From the NCBI GenBank assembly GCA_044226015.1, contig JBGAHS010000006.1, positions 224,001 through 288,000 on the forward strand: a DNA stretch of 64,000 nucleotides, given 5' to 3'. Below, in pieces: positions 30,244 to 40,302 of the stretch. Each line of letters opens with the position of its first letter. Position 1 is the first letter of the stretch. The stretch is from Candidatus Obscuribacteraceae bacterium. GTDB lineage: Bacteria > Cyanobacteriota > Vampirovibrionia > Obscuribacterales > Obscuribacteraceae. A program made the translations under genes and the position numbers. The notes beneath the pieces are model-generated. The model did not search any database. It saw only the letters and a program-made list of their open reading frames with translations, and was not told the DNA's origin.

Positions 30244-31710
30244 ATGAAAATCGGCATCATTAGCACAGTTTATCCCCCAGAGGGAACAAGTGGTGGAAAC
30301 GCCGCCTTCTTCTATGAACTTGCCAATGCACTTGTCCAGCAGGGTCACGAGGTTTTGGTGGCGACGCTTACAAGTGGGGAGTCAAGAATTGAGGAAATCA
30401 GGGGAGTTCGCGTTGAGCGAGTCAAATTTGATTCATCTGATTATTTCAATTTCAGCCTCATGCCGTGGCTAGCTGGACTAGCATGGAATCTGCCTCGAGC
30501 TGTTGAACTATACCGCAAGCTAAAAGCTGCGGTAGATGCTTTTGCACCGGATGTCATAGAGTGCGTAGACAATGGCTTTGAGGGACTGTTCTGGTCGATT
30601 GACTCTAGCTACCCACTCGTACTCAGAAGTGTCTGCCCACAGTTTCACACCATAAACCTTGGGTTTCATCAACAAGACCTCGTCGACAAAGAATTGGTTT
30701 GCGCACTGGAAGTCATGGCTTTGCGATGTGCAACGTCAATCACCACGCCGAGTCGCAGTATGGCAAATATCATTGCTACGGAATCTGGCATCGAAATCGA
30801 TTCTATAAAAATCATTCGCAATCCACTATCACTCAACGACATGATTTCGGAAGAGCGTGCCGACTCGGATAACCGCTTAGCTGGCGAACTCAAACTGCTA
30901 TACATTGGCAGGATTGAGAAACTTAAGGGTTGTGACATTCTGGTAGAAGCACTACCCGCAGTACTAAAAGCATTCCCCCTTACAAAGGTTCAATTTGTCG
31001 GTTCTCCAAGTCCGATTCCAGGCACAGACGTGACGTTTGCGGACATTTTGAAGGTTCGCCTGACCGAACTAGGAGTGCTCGACCACTGTTCTTTCACTGG
31101 AGCAGTTCCACGAGAACAACTTGGTCAATTCACTAGAGAAGCCGATATCTGCGTGTTTCCTTCGAGATATGACAGCTCACCATACGCATGCCTGGAAGCA
31201 ATGTCTAGAGGAGCTGCCGTGGTCGCGTCAAACGCGGGCGGTATACCTGAGTACATCGAGGACGGTTTATCGGGTATCTTATTCCAGTCGGAAGACTCGG
31301 AAGATCTCGCAATAAAAATCATTGAGTTGGGAAATAACCAGGCTCAGCTTAAGCGAATTCGCTCATCAGCCTCTGAACATGTTAGAAAATTGTGCGCACC
31401 AGAAGTGGTGGCAAAGCAAAGCGTTGAGCTTTATGAGCAGACAATCAAACGGCATAAAGAAAGGTCGCCACAAAACAAGAATCATACAGACAGTCAGGAC
31501 TTCGTCCTGTCGCATTTGTTCAAAGCATTCGATGACTGGAGAACAGAGCCTTACCTTCGTAAGCTTATAGATGAGAAAATCTCCTATACCTGGCAAGAAG
31601 GCTACAAACAGGGGTTCAATGACGCGCGCAAGCAACTATCGATTCGCAATCGTCTGGTAAATAAGCTCAAACGCACTATCGGGATTAACCAGTCCAAATT
31701 GGACAAGTGA
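30244..31710 (+). CDS. GT4-family glycosyltransferase
   Basis: MKI.IIS..YPP..GG, YIGRIEK.KG, FPSRYD....ACLEAM..G..VVAS.AGGIPE. Confidence 0.9.
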   Translation: MKIGIISTVYPPEGTSGGNAAFFYELANALVQQGHEVLVATLTSGESRIEEIRGVRVERVKFDSSDYFNFSLMPWLAGLAWNLPRAVELYRKLKAAVDAFAPDVIECVDNGFEGLFWSIDSSYPLVLRSVCPQFHTINLGFHQQDLVDKELVCALEVMALRCATSITTPSRSMANIIATESGIEIDSIKIIRNPLSLNDMISEERADSDNRLAGELKLLYIGRIEKLKGCDILVEALPAVLKAFPLTKVQFVGSPSPIPGTDVTFADILKVRLTELGVLDHCSFTGAVPREQLGQFTREADICVFPSRYDSSPYACLEAMSRGAAVVASNAGGIPEYIEDGLSGILFQSEDSEDLAIKIIELGNNQAQLKRIRSSASEHVRKLCAPEVVAKQSVELYEQTIKRHKERSPQNKNHTDSQDFVLSHLFKAFDDWRTEPYLRKLIDEKISYTWQEGYKQGFNDARKQLSIRNRLVNKLKRTIGINQSKLDK

Positions 31711-31851
31711 TATATTGCCCGGTTGTCGCATGCCATTGGAAATATTCTGTGAAACCAAAAACACTAACATACGCACTCAAGAGCTGCTAAAGTATTCAGT
31801 CGAAGCTAGCGCAGCGTAGGCGCAGTGCCTGGACAAAATTGGGGAACTGTT

Positions 31852-32127
31852 GTGTCGAAATTTCTAGTCATCTGGTCACTTAAGTCTAAGTATGCATCTA
31901 AAGAAGGTGTGTCAAGTATTCTGTCCATGCCAGATTATGCAAAGCGACTCATGCAAACTGGAAAACTTGATCAGCGCTATCATATTCCCGGAAGCCATGG
32001 TGGAGCTTGGATATACAATGTTGAGAGCAATGAAGAACTAGACAGACTGCTTGCAATGGCACCAGTCTACAATTACGCAAAATACAAAGTGTATCCGCTG
32101 GCTGAGATGCCACCGACGCAAGACTAA
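31852..32127 (+). CDS. Muconolactone isomerase/DUF3303-like small dimeric alpha-beta barrel protein
   Basis: G......Y...G.......Y.VES.EEL..LL...P.......VYPL pattern. Confidence 0.6.
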   Translation: MSKFLVIWSLKSKYASKEGVSSILSMPDYAKRLMQTGKLDQRYHIPGSHGGAWIYNVESNEELDRLLAMAPVYNYAKYKVYPLAEMPPTQD

Positions 32128-33180
32128 TTAGCAAATTCGCGGAAGCTGTTCACCCGATAACATATCAACAATACGATTTCCACCGATTCTCGTTTTCATA
32201 GTTACCCGCTGTTTATGGGATTCTACAACCTGCCCTATGATTGCGGCAGAGCCTTGAAACTTCTGGAGAATCTCTAAACATTCCTTTGATTTAGCAGGGG
32301 AGACAATTAGCAAAAAACGTCCCTCACAAGCAACATAAAGTGGATCAAGCCCGAGAATTTCACATATGGCAGCAACTTGAGGGTCCACAGGAATAGCCTC
32401 CTCTCGAATCTCGATTCCCACATTTGAACTCACTGAAATTTCGTTCAACACAGTTCCGAGCCCACCGCGCGTTATATCCCGCAGGGTTTTGACAGATTGG
32501 GGTCCAACAGCTGCTAAGAGTGCTTCTACAGTGTGGTTTAACGGAGCACTATCACTGCTGATTGCAGCATCAAGATCGAGTCCTTCACGGCAGCTCATTA
32601 TCGCCATGCCATGACGGCCGATGTCACCGCTAACCAGCAATACATCTCCAGGTTCTGCACGAGAGGCAGAGGGCACAGGATCAACCTCAACAACTCCTAT
32701 TCCACTTGTGCTAATAAAAACCTTATCGCAAGCGTTTCTTTCAACGACTTTTGTGTCGGCAGCCATGAGCTTAACGCCTGCTGAAAGACACGCTCGTCCA
32801 AAAGAAGCAACTATCTTCTCCAATTCCGTTAGTTCAAAACCTTCTTCCAAAATGAAGCTGGCAGAAATGTACATAGGCTTAGCACCGCGCATGGCGAGGT
32901 CATTCACGGTGCCATGTACGGACAAAGAGCCAATGTCACCGCCAGGAAAGAAGATAGGTGATACTACAAACGCATCAGTGCTAAAAGCCAACTTGCCAGA
33001 CTGCATCTGGAATACCGCAGCATCATCGAGTTGAGCTGCAATATCCGCACCAAGTCTTGGCACGAAAAGCTCATTAACAAGCTTGGCTGTCATTCTGCCA
33101 CCACTTCCGTGTCCAAGTCTTATCACACCAGAGTGTCCGCTGTCAGGCAAAGGGCAGTCAAATGCAGGCTTCTCACTCAT
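32128..33180 (-). CDS. hypE: Hydrogenase maturation carbamoyl dehydratase
   Basis: HGSGG, STD.FVVSP.FFPGGDIG.L, GTVNDLAM, C-terminal GEQLPRIC. Confidence 0.97.
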   Translation of the reverse strand: MSEKPAFDCPLPDSGHSGVIRLGHGSGGRMTAKLVNELFVPRLGADIAAQLDDAAVFQMQSGKLAFSTDAFVVSPIFFPGGDIGSLSVHGTVNDLAMRGAKPMYISASFILEEGFELTELEKIVASFGRACLSAGVKLMAADTKVVERNACDKVFISTSGIGVVEVDPVPSASRAEPGDVLLVSGDIGRHGMAIMSCREGLDLDAAISSDSAPLNHTVEALLAAVGPQSVKTLRDITRGGLGTVLNEISVSSNVGIEIREEAIPVDPQVAAICEILGLDPLYVACEGRFLLIVSPAKSKECLEILQKFQGSAAIIGQVVESHKQRVTMKTRIGGNRIVDMLSGEQLPRIC

Positions 33181-33182
33181 GG

Positions 33183-34280
33183 CTAAACCTCAACCTCTAC
33201 CTTGCGAAACTTAAAATAATTCGCACAAGTGCCTTCGGAAGAAACCATTGTTGCTCCTTTCGGATTTTCAGGCGTGCATTGTTTTGCGAAAAGCGGACAA
33301 TCAGTAGGTTTTGAAATTCCTTTGAGAATTGAGCCGCTAATGCAATCGCTGGCATCATCAGTCGATTGCACATCGAGCTGGAAAAATTCCTCAGCATCAA
33401 AATTCCGATACTTCTGCGTCAAACGTAATCCACTTCGACCGATCTTGCCGAGCCCTCTCCATTCACGGTCAGAGACCTCGAATACCTGCTCGAGGACATT
33501 CATTGCCGTGCTGTTACCTTCTTCTTTAACCGCTCGAGAATATTGAATTTCAACTCGATGCTCACCGCTTTCCAGTTGTTTGACACAGCGGTAAATTGCA
33601 TCAAGAATGTCGACTGGTTCGAAACCAGCAATTACAATCGGAACCTTAAAGCGCTCAGCAATAGATTCATAGTCACGCGTTCCCACAATTGAGCACACAT
33701 GCCCAGGTCCAAGAAACGCCTCAATTCGATTGTCATCTTCTTGCAATATTGTTTCAAGAACAGCGGGTACAGTTACATGACTAGAGAAAAGGAAGTAATT
33801 CTTGAGCCCCAATGAACTAGCATGAAGCACAGACATGGCATTCGCTGGTGCTGTGGTCTCGAAGCCAATTGCGAAAAACACCACATTTTTGTTCGGGTTG
33901 TTTTTCGCTAATTCGACAGCTTCAAGTGGCGAATAAATTATTCGAACATCAGCGCCTTTTGCTCTACAAGTCAACAAATCAACGGTGCTACCGGGAACCC
34001 GCAGCATGTCTCCATAAGAGCAAAGGATAACGTTTTCCCTCTCCGCCATCAAAATAGCCTTATCAATTGCTGAGCATGGTGTCACACACACAGGACAACC
34101 TGGTCCATGCAATATGGTCAATTTTTCTGGCAGCAAGTCTTGAATTCCGTACTGAAGAATTGCATGGGTCTGTCCACCGCAAACTTCCATAATTCGCCAG
34201 GGTCGAGTGCAGTCCTCTTTTATTTTTGCCGCCAATTTCTGTGCCAGCTCAAGCTCTCTAAATTCGCTTACAAATTTCAT
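33183..34280 (-). CDS. hypD: Hydrogenase maturation protein HypD
   Basis: MEVCGGQTH, GPGCPVC, GFETTAP, PGHV, MVSSEGTC. Confidence 0.97.
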   Translation of the reverse strand: MKFVSEFRELELAQKLAAKIKEDCTRPWRIMEVCGGQTHAILQYGIQDLLPEKLTILHGPGCPVCVTPCSAIDKAILMAERENVILCSYGDMLRVPGSTVDLLTCRAKGADVRIIYSPLEAVELAKNNPNKNVVFFAIGFETTAPANAMSVLHASSLGLKNYFLFSSHVTVPAVLETILQEDDNRIEAFLGPGHVCSIVGTRDYESIAERFKVPIVIAGFEPVDILDAIYRCVKQLESGEHRVEIQYSRAVKEEGNSTAMNVLEQVFEVSDREWRGLGKIGRSGLRLTQKYRNFDAEEFFQLDVQSTDDASDCISGSILKGISKPTDCPLFAKQCTPENPKGATMVSSEGTCANYFKFRKVEVEV

Positions 34281-34295
34281 TTCTGGCTCCTAAAT

Positions 34296-34532
34296 TCAAG
34301 ACAGTTCAGCAAGCTCTTCGTTAGTCAAAATACTGATGGCTCTCGCTGCCTCATCTGCATCGATTTTGCTAATCGCAAAACCCGCGTGAACAAGAACGAA
34401 GTCACCAGGTACGGCTTCCGGCACGTAAGTGAGACAGACGTTTTTCTTAAGTCCAGCAAAGCTAACTTTGCCCATCCGAAGCCCATCCGATTCAAATGTC
34501 GACATCAACTCACCAGGAATAGCTAAGCACAC
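34296..34532 (-). CDS. hypC: Hydrogenase maturation chaperone HypC
   Basis: GTG start gives MCLAIPG...GDFVLVHAGFAISKID; GAGG RBS. Confidence 0.93.
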   Translation of the reverse strand: MCLAIPGELMSTFESDGLRMGKVSFAGLKKNVCLTYVPEAVPGDFVLVHAGFAISKIDADEAARAISILTNEELAELS

Positions 34533-34542
34533 ACGCGAGCCC

Positions 34543-37167
34543 TCAATTATGCAAGTGACCACATTTTGCCAGAGCGACCATTGCCTGGCCAAGTGCAATT
34601 CCGCCATCGTTACTCGGAACCTTGCTGGAAAAATAAACCGACAACTCAGCTTCCCTGAAAAGGCGGCGCAAAAGTCGAATAAGGATACTGTTTTGACACA
34701 CGCCTCCACCGCAACATATTGTCGTAATTCCAGTTCTCTTTGCCAATTTTCTTACAGCCTTGAAAATTAGCTGAGCAACTGAGGCATGAAATTTTGCGCT
34801 AATTATCCGGACGTCCGTTCCTTTGAGCATATCTGCATTTACAGCCTGAAAAATTGAATATCCTGGTAGCAACAGTACTTCAGCATCACTTATCTCAGAT
34901 GGATAAGAGTCATACAAAAATCGGTCAAGAGAATTTACACCTGAATCAAAACAGAACTCTGCAAGTGCTTCCAATTCCGCAGCGGCCTGCCCTTCGTAGC
35001 TAGCACTATTACACACGTTCAGCAAAGCAGAAACTGCATCGAACAGTCGACCACAGCTTGAGGTCATGGGGCTATTGAACTTAGCGTCAATCTGTCGCCC
35101 CACCAGATCTACATTTTCCTTGCCGAACTCTGTTTGGATTCGCTTAACAAACGCATCAAATTCAGAATATTGCGCTGCCGTTTTGGCATAACTGAGGGCC
35201 ATTCTCCATGGATGGCGAATCGAACTTTCTCCGCCACTCATCGGCGTATTGGCAAAATGCCCCAGGCGCGAGAAATTATCATAGCTGACCTGCAGCAATT
35301 CACCACCCCACACAGTTCCATCAGATCCATAGCCTGTCCCATCAAGAGCTACACCGAGACAAGTTCCGGAGAGTCCATTTTCTGCCATTACGGCGGCTAT
35401 ATGTGCATGGTGGTGTTGAACCTGAATAAATTCAAGATTCATTTCAGCTGCGAAATTACTGGCAAATTGGGTTGATAAATAATCTGGATGAAGGTCAGCT
35501 GCCACTACTTGTGGTGACAGACCAAACAACTTCGAATAAGTTTTGATTGATTCCTTCAGAAAGACCTCAGAGTCAATGCTCTCGAGATCTCCGAGATGCT
35601 GACTGAGATAAGCCTTGTTGCCTCTAACGTAGCAGAATGCACTCTTCAAGAATGCTCCAAAAGCGAGTACCTCCTTGGTCGAGTTTACGCTCAGCGAAAT
35701 CAATTCAGTTGCATTGAACTTTGTGCTTTGTCTAATGTCGTTGACGATTTTCTTGCAGCTCTTACCCTGATCGCTGCATATGTCTATCGCCTTCTTCTCT
35801 TTGGTGCGAACTGCGGATTCATCCAACATTAGAGGCACTGGAGCCATACCGCGAGAGCGCCTTATCACAATAAGGGAATCGTCGATAGCCCTAACAACCG
35901 AGTCGTCATAGCGAGAACAAATAGCTCGGTTGTTGTCTAGGAATGCATCAGCGACATGACGCAATTTTTTGTATGCATCCTCAATACTTATGGTGATTGG
36001 CTCTTCCGAAATATTCGCACTGGTGCAAAGCAAAGGTTCGTTGAGTGCGCAGAGCATAATTTGCTGAACGGGTGTGCTTGGAAGCATAACCCCAATCTGC
36101 CCCAGCCCAGGAGCTATGCTTGGTGGGAAAAGAGTCGTTAAGCGAGGCTTCAACAATACTATTGGAGCGGCTGCAGACAACAACAACTGTCGTTCGGCTT
36201 CAGTTAAGTCAAAATAACTCTCGACCATAGGGAGGTCTTCCATGAGAACTGCAAAGGGTTTTCGAGGTCGCTGCTTCCTCTCCCTCAATAGTCTTATTAC
36301 TGGCTCATAGAGACGACACATCAGATGAAAACCTGCGAGTCCTTTCACGCAAACGATCTTGTTTGCTTTCAAGGCGCAAATGCTTTGCTGCATCGCGAGT
36401 TGATTCGATGAATCACCTATTGCGGGACGAGCCTGGCTAAAACTATCATCGTCAATAGGGCTGCCAGTTCCGTCTTGACCTTTAGCAGAGGCGCAAGCAG
36501 CAAAATCCCCGTTAGCAGATGAGGATCCACCAACTGCACAGGGGACGCCAGGCTCTTTGTCCTCATCACTCTCCCAGTAGGTAAGCGTGGGTCCGCAATT
36601 TGGACACGAGATTGCTTGTGCGTGAAATCTGCGATCGGCGGGGTTTTCGTATTCAGCTCTACACTGCTCACACATGTGAAAGTCTCGCATAGTTGTCCGT
36701 TGCCTGTCATATGGCAATTCTTCAATGATGGAGAAGCGTGGACCACAACTAGCACAGTTAATGAAGGGATACCCAAACCTTCGATTATTGGAGTCTCTAA
36801 GTTCATCCAGGCAATCAGCGCACATTGCAAAATCACCGGCAAATAAGTTTTCGCCAGTCGCTATGAAGTCGCTTTCTAAAATGTGAAATGCTGTCTCATC
36901 AACACAAGCTAACACACTGACTTCAAAACTGATGATTTGCGCCCCGCGAGGTGGCACACGCAACTTCTCTAAAAACTCATGCAAACCGGCGTCAGGACCC
37001 TGCGCTTCAATTTCAACAACGCCTTTTCTATTTCGTACAAATCCAGTAATTTGGCACGCCACGGCTAATCTGTAGACGAAAGGGCGAAATCCTACACCTT
37101 GTACTACACCAGAAATAGTTATGAGCAACCTCTTCAGCTCGACGCTCCTCATATCAACCGAATGCAA
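34543..37167 (-). CDS. hypF: Carbamoyltransferase HypF
   Basis: GVVQGVGFRPFVY acylphosphatase domain; CxxC zinc fingers; QHHHAH; DG.GYG.DG..WGGE; NDGGIALGQ. Confidence 0.97.
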   Translation of the reverse strand: MHSVDMRSVELKRLLITISGVVQGVGFRPFVYRLAVACQITGFVRNRKGVVEIEAQGPDAGLHEFLEKLRVPPRGAQIISFEVSVLACVDETAFHILESDFIATGENLFAGDFAMCADCLDELRDSNNRRFGYPFINCASCGPRFSIIEELPYDRQRTTMRDFHMCEQCRAEYENPADRRFHAQAISCPNCGPTLTYWESDEDKEPGVPCAVGGSSSANGDFAACASAKGQDGTGSPIDDDSFSQARPAIGDSSNQLAMQQSICALKANKIVCVKGLAGFHLMCRLYEPVIRLLRERKQRPRKPFAVLMEDLPMVESYFDLTEAERQLLLSAAAPIVLLKPRLTTLFPPSIAPGLGQIGVMLPSTPVQQIMLCALNEPLLCTSANISEEPITISIEDAYKKLRHVADAFLDNNRAICSRYDDSVVRAIDDSLIVIRRSRGMAPVPLMLDESAVRTKEKKAIDICSDQGKSCKKIVNDIRQSTKFNATELISLSVNSTKEVLAFGAFLKSAFCYVRGNKAYLSQHLGDLESIDSEVFLKESIKTYSKLFGLSPQVVAADLHPDYLSTQFASNFAAEMNLEFIQVQHHHAHIAAVMAENGLSGTCLGVALDGTGYGSDGTVWGGELLQVSYDNFSRLGHFANTPMSGGESSIRHPWRMALSYAKTAAQYSEFDAFVKRIQTEFGKENVDLVGRQIDAKFNSPMTSSCGRLFDAVSALLNVCNSASYEGQAAAELEALAEFCFDSGVNSLDRFLYDSYPSEISDAEVLLLPGYSIFQAVNADMLKGTDVRIISAKFHASVAQLIFKAVRKLAKRTGITTICCGGGVCQNSILIRLLRRLFREAELSVYFSSKVPSNDGGIALGQAMVALAKCGHLHN

Positions 37168-37288
37168 ACCAGTTTACTACGATCGGACTAGCGAAGCATC
37201 CCTATGCTGGTTGAAAGAATTCAGCATAAGGGACGAGGCAAAAGGCAGTGGCTCCTGTCAATATATCAATGAAGACGGAGGTTCCATT

Positions 37289-37765
37289 ATGAAAGTCGTA
37301 GTTGCACTCGATGAGTCGCCATATTCAAAGCATATGCTTGACCTGATATGCAAGAGAAAATGGCATCCGGACACGGAATTCAAACTAGTGCATGTAATCG
37401 AACCGTTTTGCGACGAGGAATGGGCGGTAGATGCATGGACTAACATCAAACATGATGTGGTGCAACGCCGTCATAAAATGGCTGAACACCTGCTTACAGA
37501 AGCTCGCCACAAAATAATGGAACACATTCCAGAATCTATAGTTCACTTCGAAATTCGTGAAGGACGGCCGCATAGAGAAATAGTCCTAGCGGCAGCCGAT
37601 TGGGATGCTCATAAGGTTCTCATCGGTGCACACGGACGAGATGTTTGCCCGCATAACGCACTAGGAAGTGTATCCCGAAATGTCGCTGAACAAGCGCCAT
37701 GCGTTGTAGAGGTTGTGCGTGCGCACCATCACGCCGGCAAAGCGTTGACTCCATCGCAGCGCTAA
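37289..37765 (+). CDS. Universal stress protein
   Basis: MKVVVALDES, G.P..EI...A..W.A..V.IGAHG, GSVS..VA..APC.V.VVR; RBS GGAGG. Confidence 0.88.
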   Translation: MKVVVALDESPYSKHMLDLICKRKWHPDTEFKLVHVIEPFCDEEWAVDAWTNIKHDVVQRRHKMAEHLLTEARHKIMEHIPESIVHFEIREGRPHREIVLAAADWDAHKVLIGAHGRDVCPHNALGSVSRNVAEQAPCVVEVVRAHHHAGKALTPSQR

Positions 37766-37784
37766 TTTGCGGAGGCTGAATTAT

Positions 37785-38276
37785 ATGAAAATACTGATCG
37801 CTATCGAAGACGAGTCTTTCGGCAACACCATTGTTGACTTCGTGATGGCTCATGAATGGCCTGAACAATCAGAGGCAGTTTTGCTACACGCAATCGAGCC
37901 AATCTACGTGCCAGCAATGGGTTGCTATCCTACCGATTATGTTGCCGACTACAATGAAGAATGCTCACGATCTGCAAAAAGCTTACTTTTGACACTGGGC
38001 ACTAAGCTTGCAAAAGCTCTTCCTACAATGAAAGTAAGTGAGGAATTGATGAGTGGCAACCCTCGCGATTGCATTCTTGACAAAGCCAAAGATTGGGATG
38101 CTGATCTCATCGTAGTCGGCTCGCACGGACGCTCCGGAATCGGAAAATTTGTTCTTGGAAGTGTTTCCACTAGTATTTTGTCCAGTGCAAAATGTACAGT
38201 GATGTTAGTAAGACCCGCTCAAGAAACAAAACACAAAGAAGACAAATCAAAGAAAGAGGCTTCAAGTATCGCGTAA
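37785..38276 (+). CDS. Universal stress protein
   Basis: MKILIAIED, ADLIVVGSHGRSG...F.LGSVS; RBS GGAGG. Confidence 0.9.
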   Translation: MKILIAIEDESFGNTIVDFVMAHEWPEQSEAVLLHAIEPIYVPAMGCYPTDYVADYNEECSRSAKSLLLTLGTKLAKALPTMKVSEELMSGNPRDCILDKAKDWDADLIVVGSHGRSGIGKFVLGSVSTSILSSAKCTVMLVRPAQETKHKEDKSKKEASSIA

Positions 38277-38846
38277 ATGACGATCTCTTCTGGAAAAACT
38301 TTACCCCAGATTCAACTCAAGGCGGCTCCATGCAAGCACTTAGCTTCTGAAGCCGCCTCGGGTGTTGCATTAATCGCAATGGGGAACACGCTGCGAGGTG
38401 ATGATGGCATTGCTCAGCTTGTTTGCCGTTCGCTTGATACCAACCTGCTAGATCAAGTTTGCTATTTCGATATTGGTACGGCATCTGTCTATTTGCCGAA
38501 TTGCCTGTTAAAGCACTCAGCAGCGGTAATTGTTGATGCGGTAGCAATCGAGAGCCAGCAGGATGCTGGCGCTTCCCGGCACGGAAGCGTCCTTGTTGAA
38601 CTGCCAGAATTAATACGATCCAAAACACCAGCGGCTCTCAGATCATCACACGGAATCTCCTTTGTTGATGAACTAAAGCTTTTCTTTGAAGGCAAAAAAT
38701 TGCTTAAATCGCTCAACTTTTTCGGAATTTACTGCAAAGCACAAGATTGGCAACATTCTATTAGTCATGAATTAGAAAACAAGATCCCCACTCTGAAGAC
38801 AGAGCTGGAATTGCATTTGAACAAATTACTTGAGGAGCAAGAGTAA
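38277..38846 (+). CDS. Hydrogenase maturation endopeptidase (HybD/HycI family)
   Basis: GNTLRGDDG, IVDAV, SSHG motifs. Confidence 0.85.
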   Translation: MTISSGKTLPQIQLKAAPCKHLASEAASGVALIAMGNTLRGDDGIAQLVCRSLDTNLLDQVCYFDIGTASVYLPNCLLKHSAAVIVDAVAIESQQDAGASRHGSVLVELPELIRSKTPAALRSSHGISFVDELKLFFEGKKLLKSLNFFGIYCKAQDWQHSISHELENKIPTLKTELELHLNKLLEEQE

Positions 38847-38847
38847 T

Positions 38848-39201
38848 ATGCATGAGGCCAGTATTGCAGATTCAATTTTGAAACTCGCCGCCAATAAAAT
38901 GCGAGCAACGCCGAATACGGCATCTGTCAAAAGTGTTTCGGTCATTGTTGGCGAATTTCGAAATGTTGAAACGGAATCACTTCAATTCGCCTTCAATTCT
39001 CTAAAATCAATGTACGATGGTTTGTCTGACTGCGAACTGGAACTGGAATCAATCAGCTCCAGGGCTCTTTGCAGCAAAAACAAGCACTCTTACCACCCCT
39101 CATATGAAAACAAGTATTGCTGTGAAAAATGTGGTAGCGGCATTGGTAAAATCGTCTGCGGAGAAGAGCTGGAAGTTGTAAAAATCTGCTTGCTCTCATA
39201 G
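38848..39201 (+). CDS. hypA: Nickel metallochaperone HypA
   Basis: MHE.SIA, VGE...VE.E.LQFAF, C...H / CxxCGS, GEEL.V. Confidence 0.92.
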   Translation: MHEASIADSILKLAANKMRATPNTASVKSVSVIVGEFRNVETESLQFAFNSLKSMYDGLSDCELELESISSRALCSKNKHSYHPSYENKYCCEKCGSGIGKIVCGEELEVVKICLLS

Positions 39202-39219
39202 CTCATGAGGATTTAAATT

Positions 39220-39924
39220 ATGCACGAAATTATTGACGAACATATGCTAGAACGCGTGATGTCCCAAAACGACGAGTTTGCGCAGCATAACCGCGAGCAT
39301 TTTGATGAGCAAAATACTTACGTTATTAATCTCATGAGCGCACCAGGCGCTGGCAAAACAACATTACTGGAAAACTCAGTGGCAAAGCTTAGCCAGGACT
39401 TCAGCCTTGCAGTAATCGAGGGCGACATGGTTGGCGAACTCGATGCCGAGCGATTAAGACGATACGCAACAAACGTGCATCAGATTTGTACGGGAAAGTC
39501 GTGCCACCTGGATGCTCTGATGGTCGGGAGATTGCTTCACAGTGCAAAAATACAGGCAGAACTACTCTTCATAGAAAACGTTGGAAATCTTGTCTGTCCA
39601 GCCGAGTTCAACTTAGGTGAACATAAAAGAGTGGTCCTTTTGTCAGTGACGGAGGGCGACGACAAGCCACTTAAGTATCCGATAATTTTCAGAAATTGCG
39701 ACGCCGTGATTTTCACAAAAACGGATCTTCTTCCCTACGTAAACTTCAACGTGGAGCATGCCAACAAGTATGTTCGTGATCTCAACGCTAATGCTCAGGT
39801 CTTTTGTGTGAGCGCAAAGACAGGCGAAGGGTTGGAAGATTGGGTCAACTGGGTGAAAAGAAACTATAGCGAGCACCGTAATGTTCTGCCAGCTTGCGAG
39901 CATTCGGGCGCCGGGCACCACTAA
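39220..39924 (+). CDS. hypB: Nickel-insertion GTPase HypB
   Basis: S.PGAGKTTLL, TGK.CHLDA, ENVGNLVCPA, EGDDKPLKYP, TKTD. Confidence 0.96.
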   Translation: MHEIIDEHMLERVMSQNDEFAQHNREHFDEQNTYVINLMSAPGAGKTTLLENSVAKLSQDFSLAVIEGDMVGELDAERLRRYATNVHQICTGKSCHLDALMVGRLLHSAKIQAELLFIENVGNLVCPAEFNLGEHKRVVLLSVTEGDDKPLKYPIIFRNCDAVIFTKTDLLPYVNFNVEHANKYVRDLNANAQVFCVSAKTGEGLEDWVNWVKRNYSEHRNVLPACEHSGAGHH

Positions 39925-40151
39925 TGTGCATTTCGTTTCCTGCCCAAATTCAAAAGATTGATGGCGCATTCGCGGACGTCTTGGTGCTAGGCACCCAAGC
40001 GCGAAAAGTATTCCTTGCATGCGAACCCGTAACTTCGGGTGCTTGGGTTCTGGTTAATGGTCAGCAAGCTATATGCAGTATTGACGAAACTGAGGCCAAG
40101 AATCTTATGAGCATACTGACAGAAGCATCGGACGTATCGCAGCCTAACTGA
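39924..40151 (+). CDS. Second, divergent HypC/HybG/HupF-like protein
   Basis: MCISFPAQI...G.WVLV....AI..IDE.EA; ATG overlaps the hypB stop. Confidence 0.75.
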   Translation: MCISFPAQIQKIDGAFADVLVLGTQARKVFLACEPVTSGAWVLVNGQQAICSIDETEAKNLMSILTEASDVSQPN

Positions 40152-40160
40152 TTTTGCAGA

Positions 40161-40260
40161 CTCCAGGGATCCCAACTCTGCAAGGGATCCCAATACTGCA
40201 TGGTTCCCAACACTCCAAGGATCCCAACAGTGCAGGGATCCCAACACGCCGTGGATATTC
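40161..40260. repeat. Intergenic 17-18 bp tandem repeat, 5-6 copies, core GG(A/T)TCCCAA
   Basis: Cores at 40167, 40185, 40202, 40219, 40236 and a degenerate copy at 40253. Confidence 0.85.
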
Positions 40261-40302
40261 TGTAAGTAGTCCTTCTCTTCATTCGCGCGTTCGCGCGTAC
40301 AC

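Noticed and set aside
40161..40260. Possible mini-CRISPR array
   Set aside because: Period of 17-18 bp with ~9-bp core and ~8-bp variable part is far too short; no cas genes in the window
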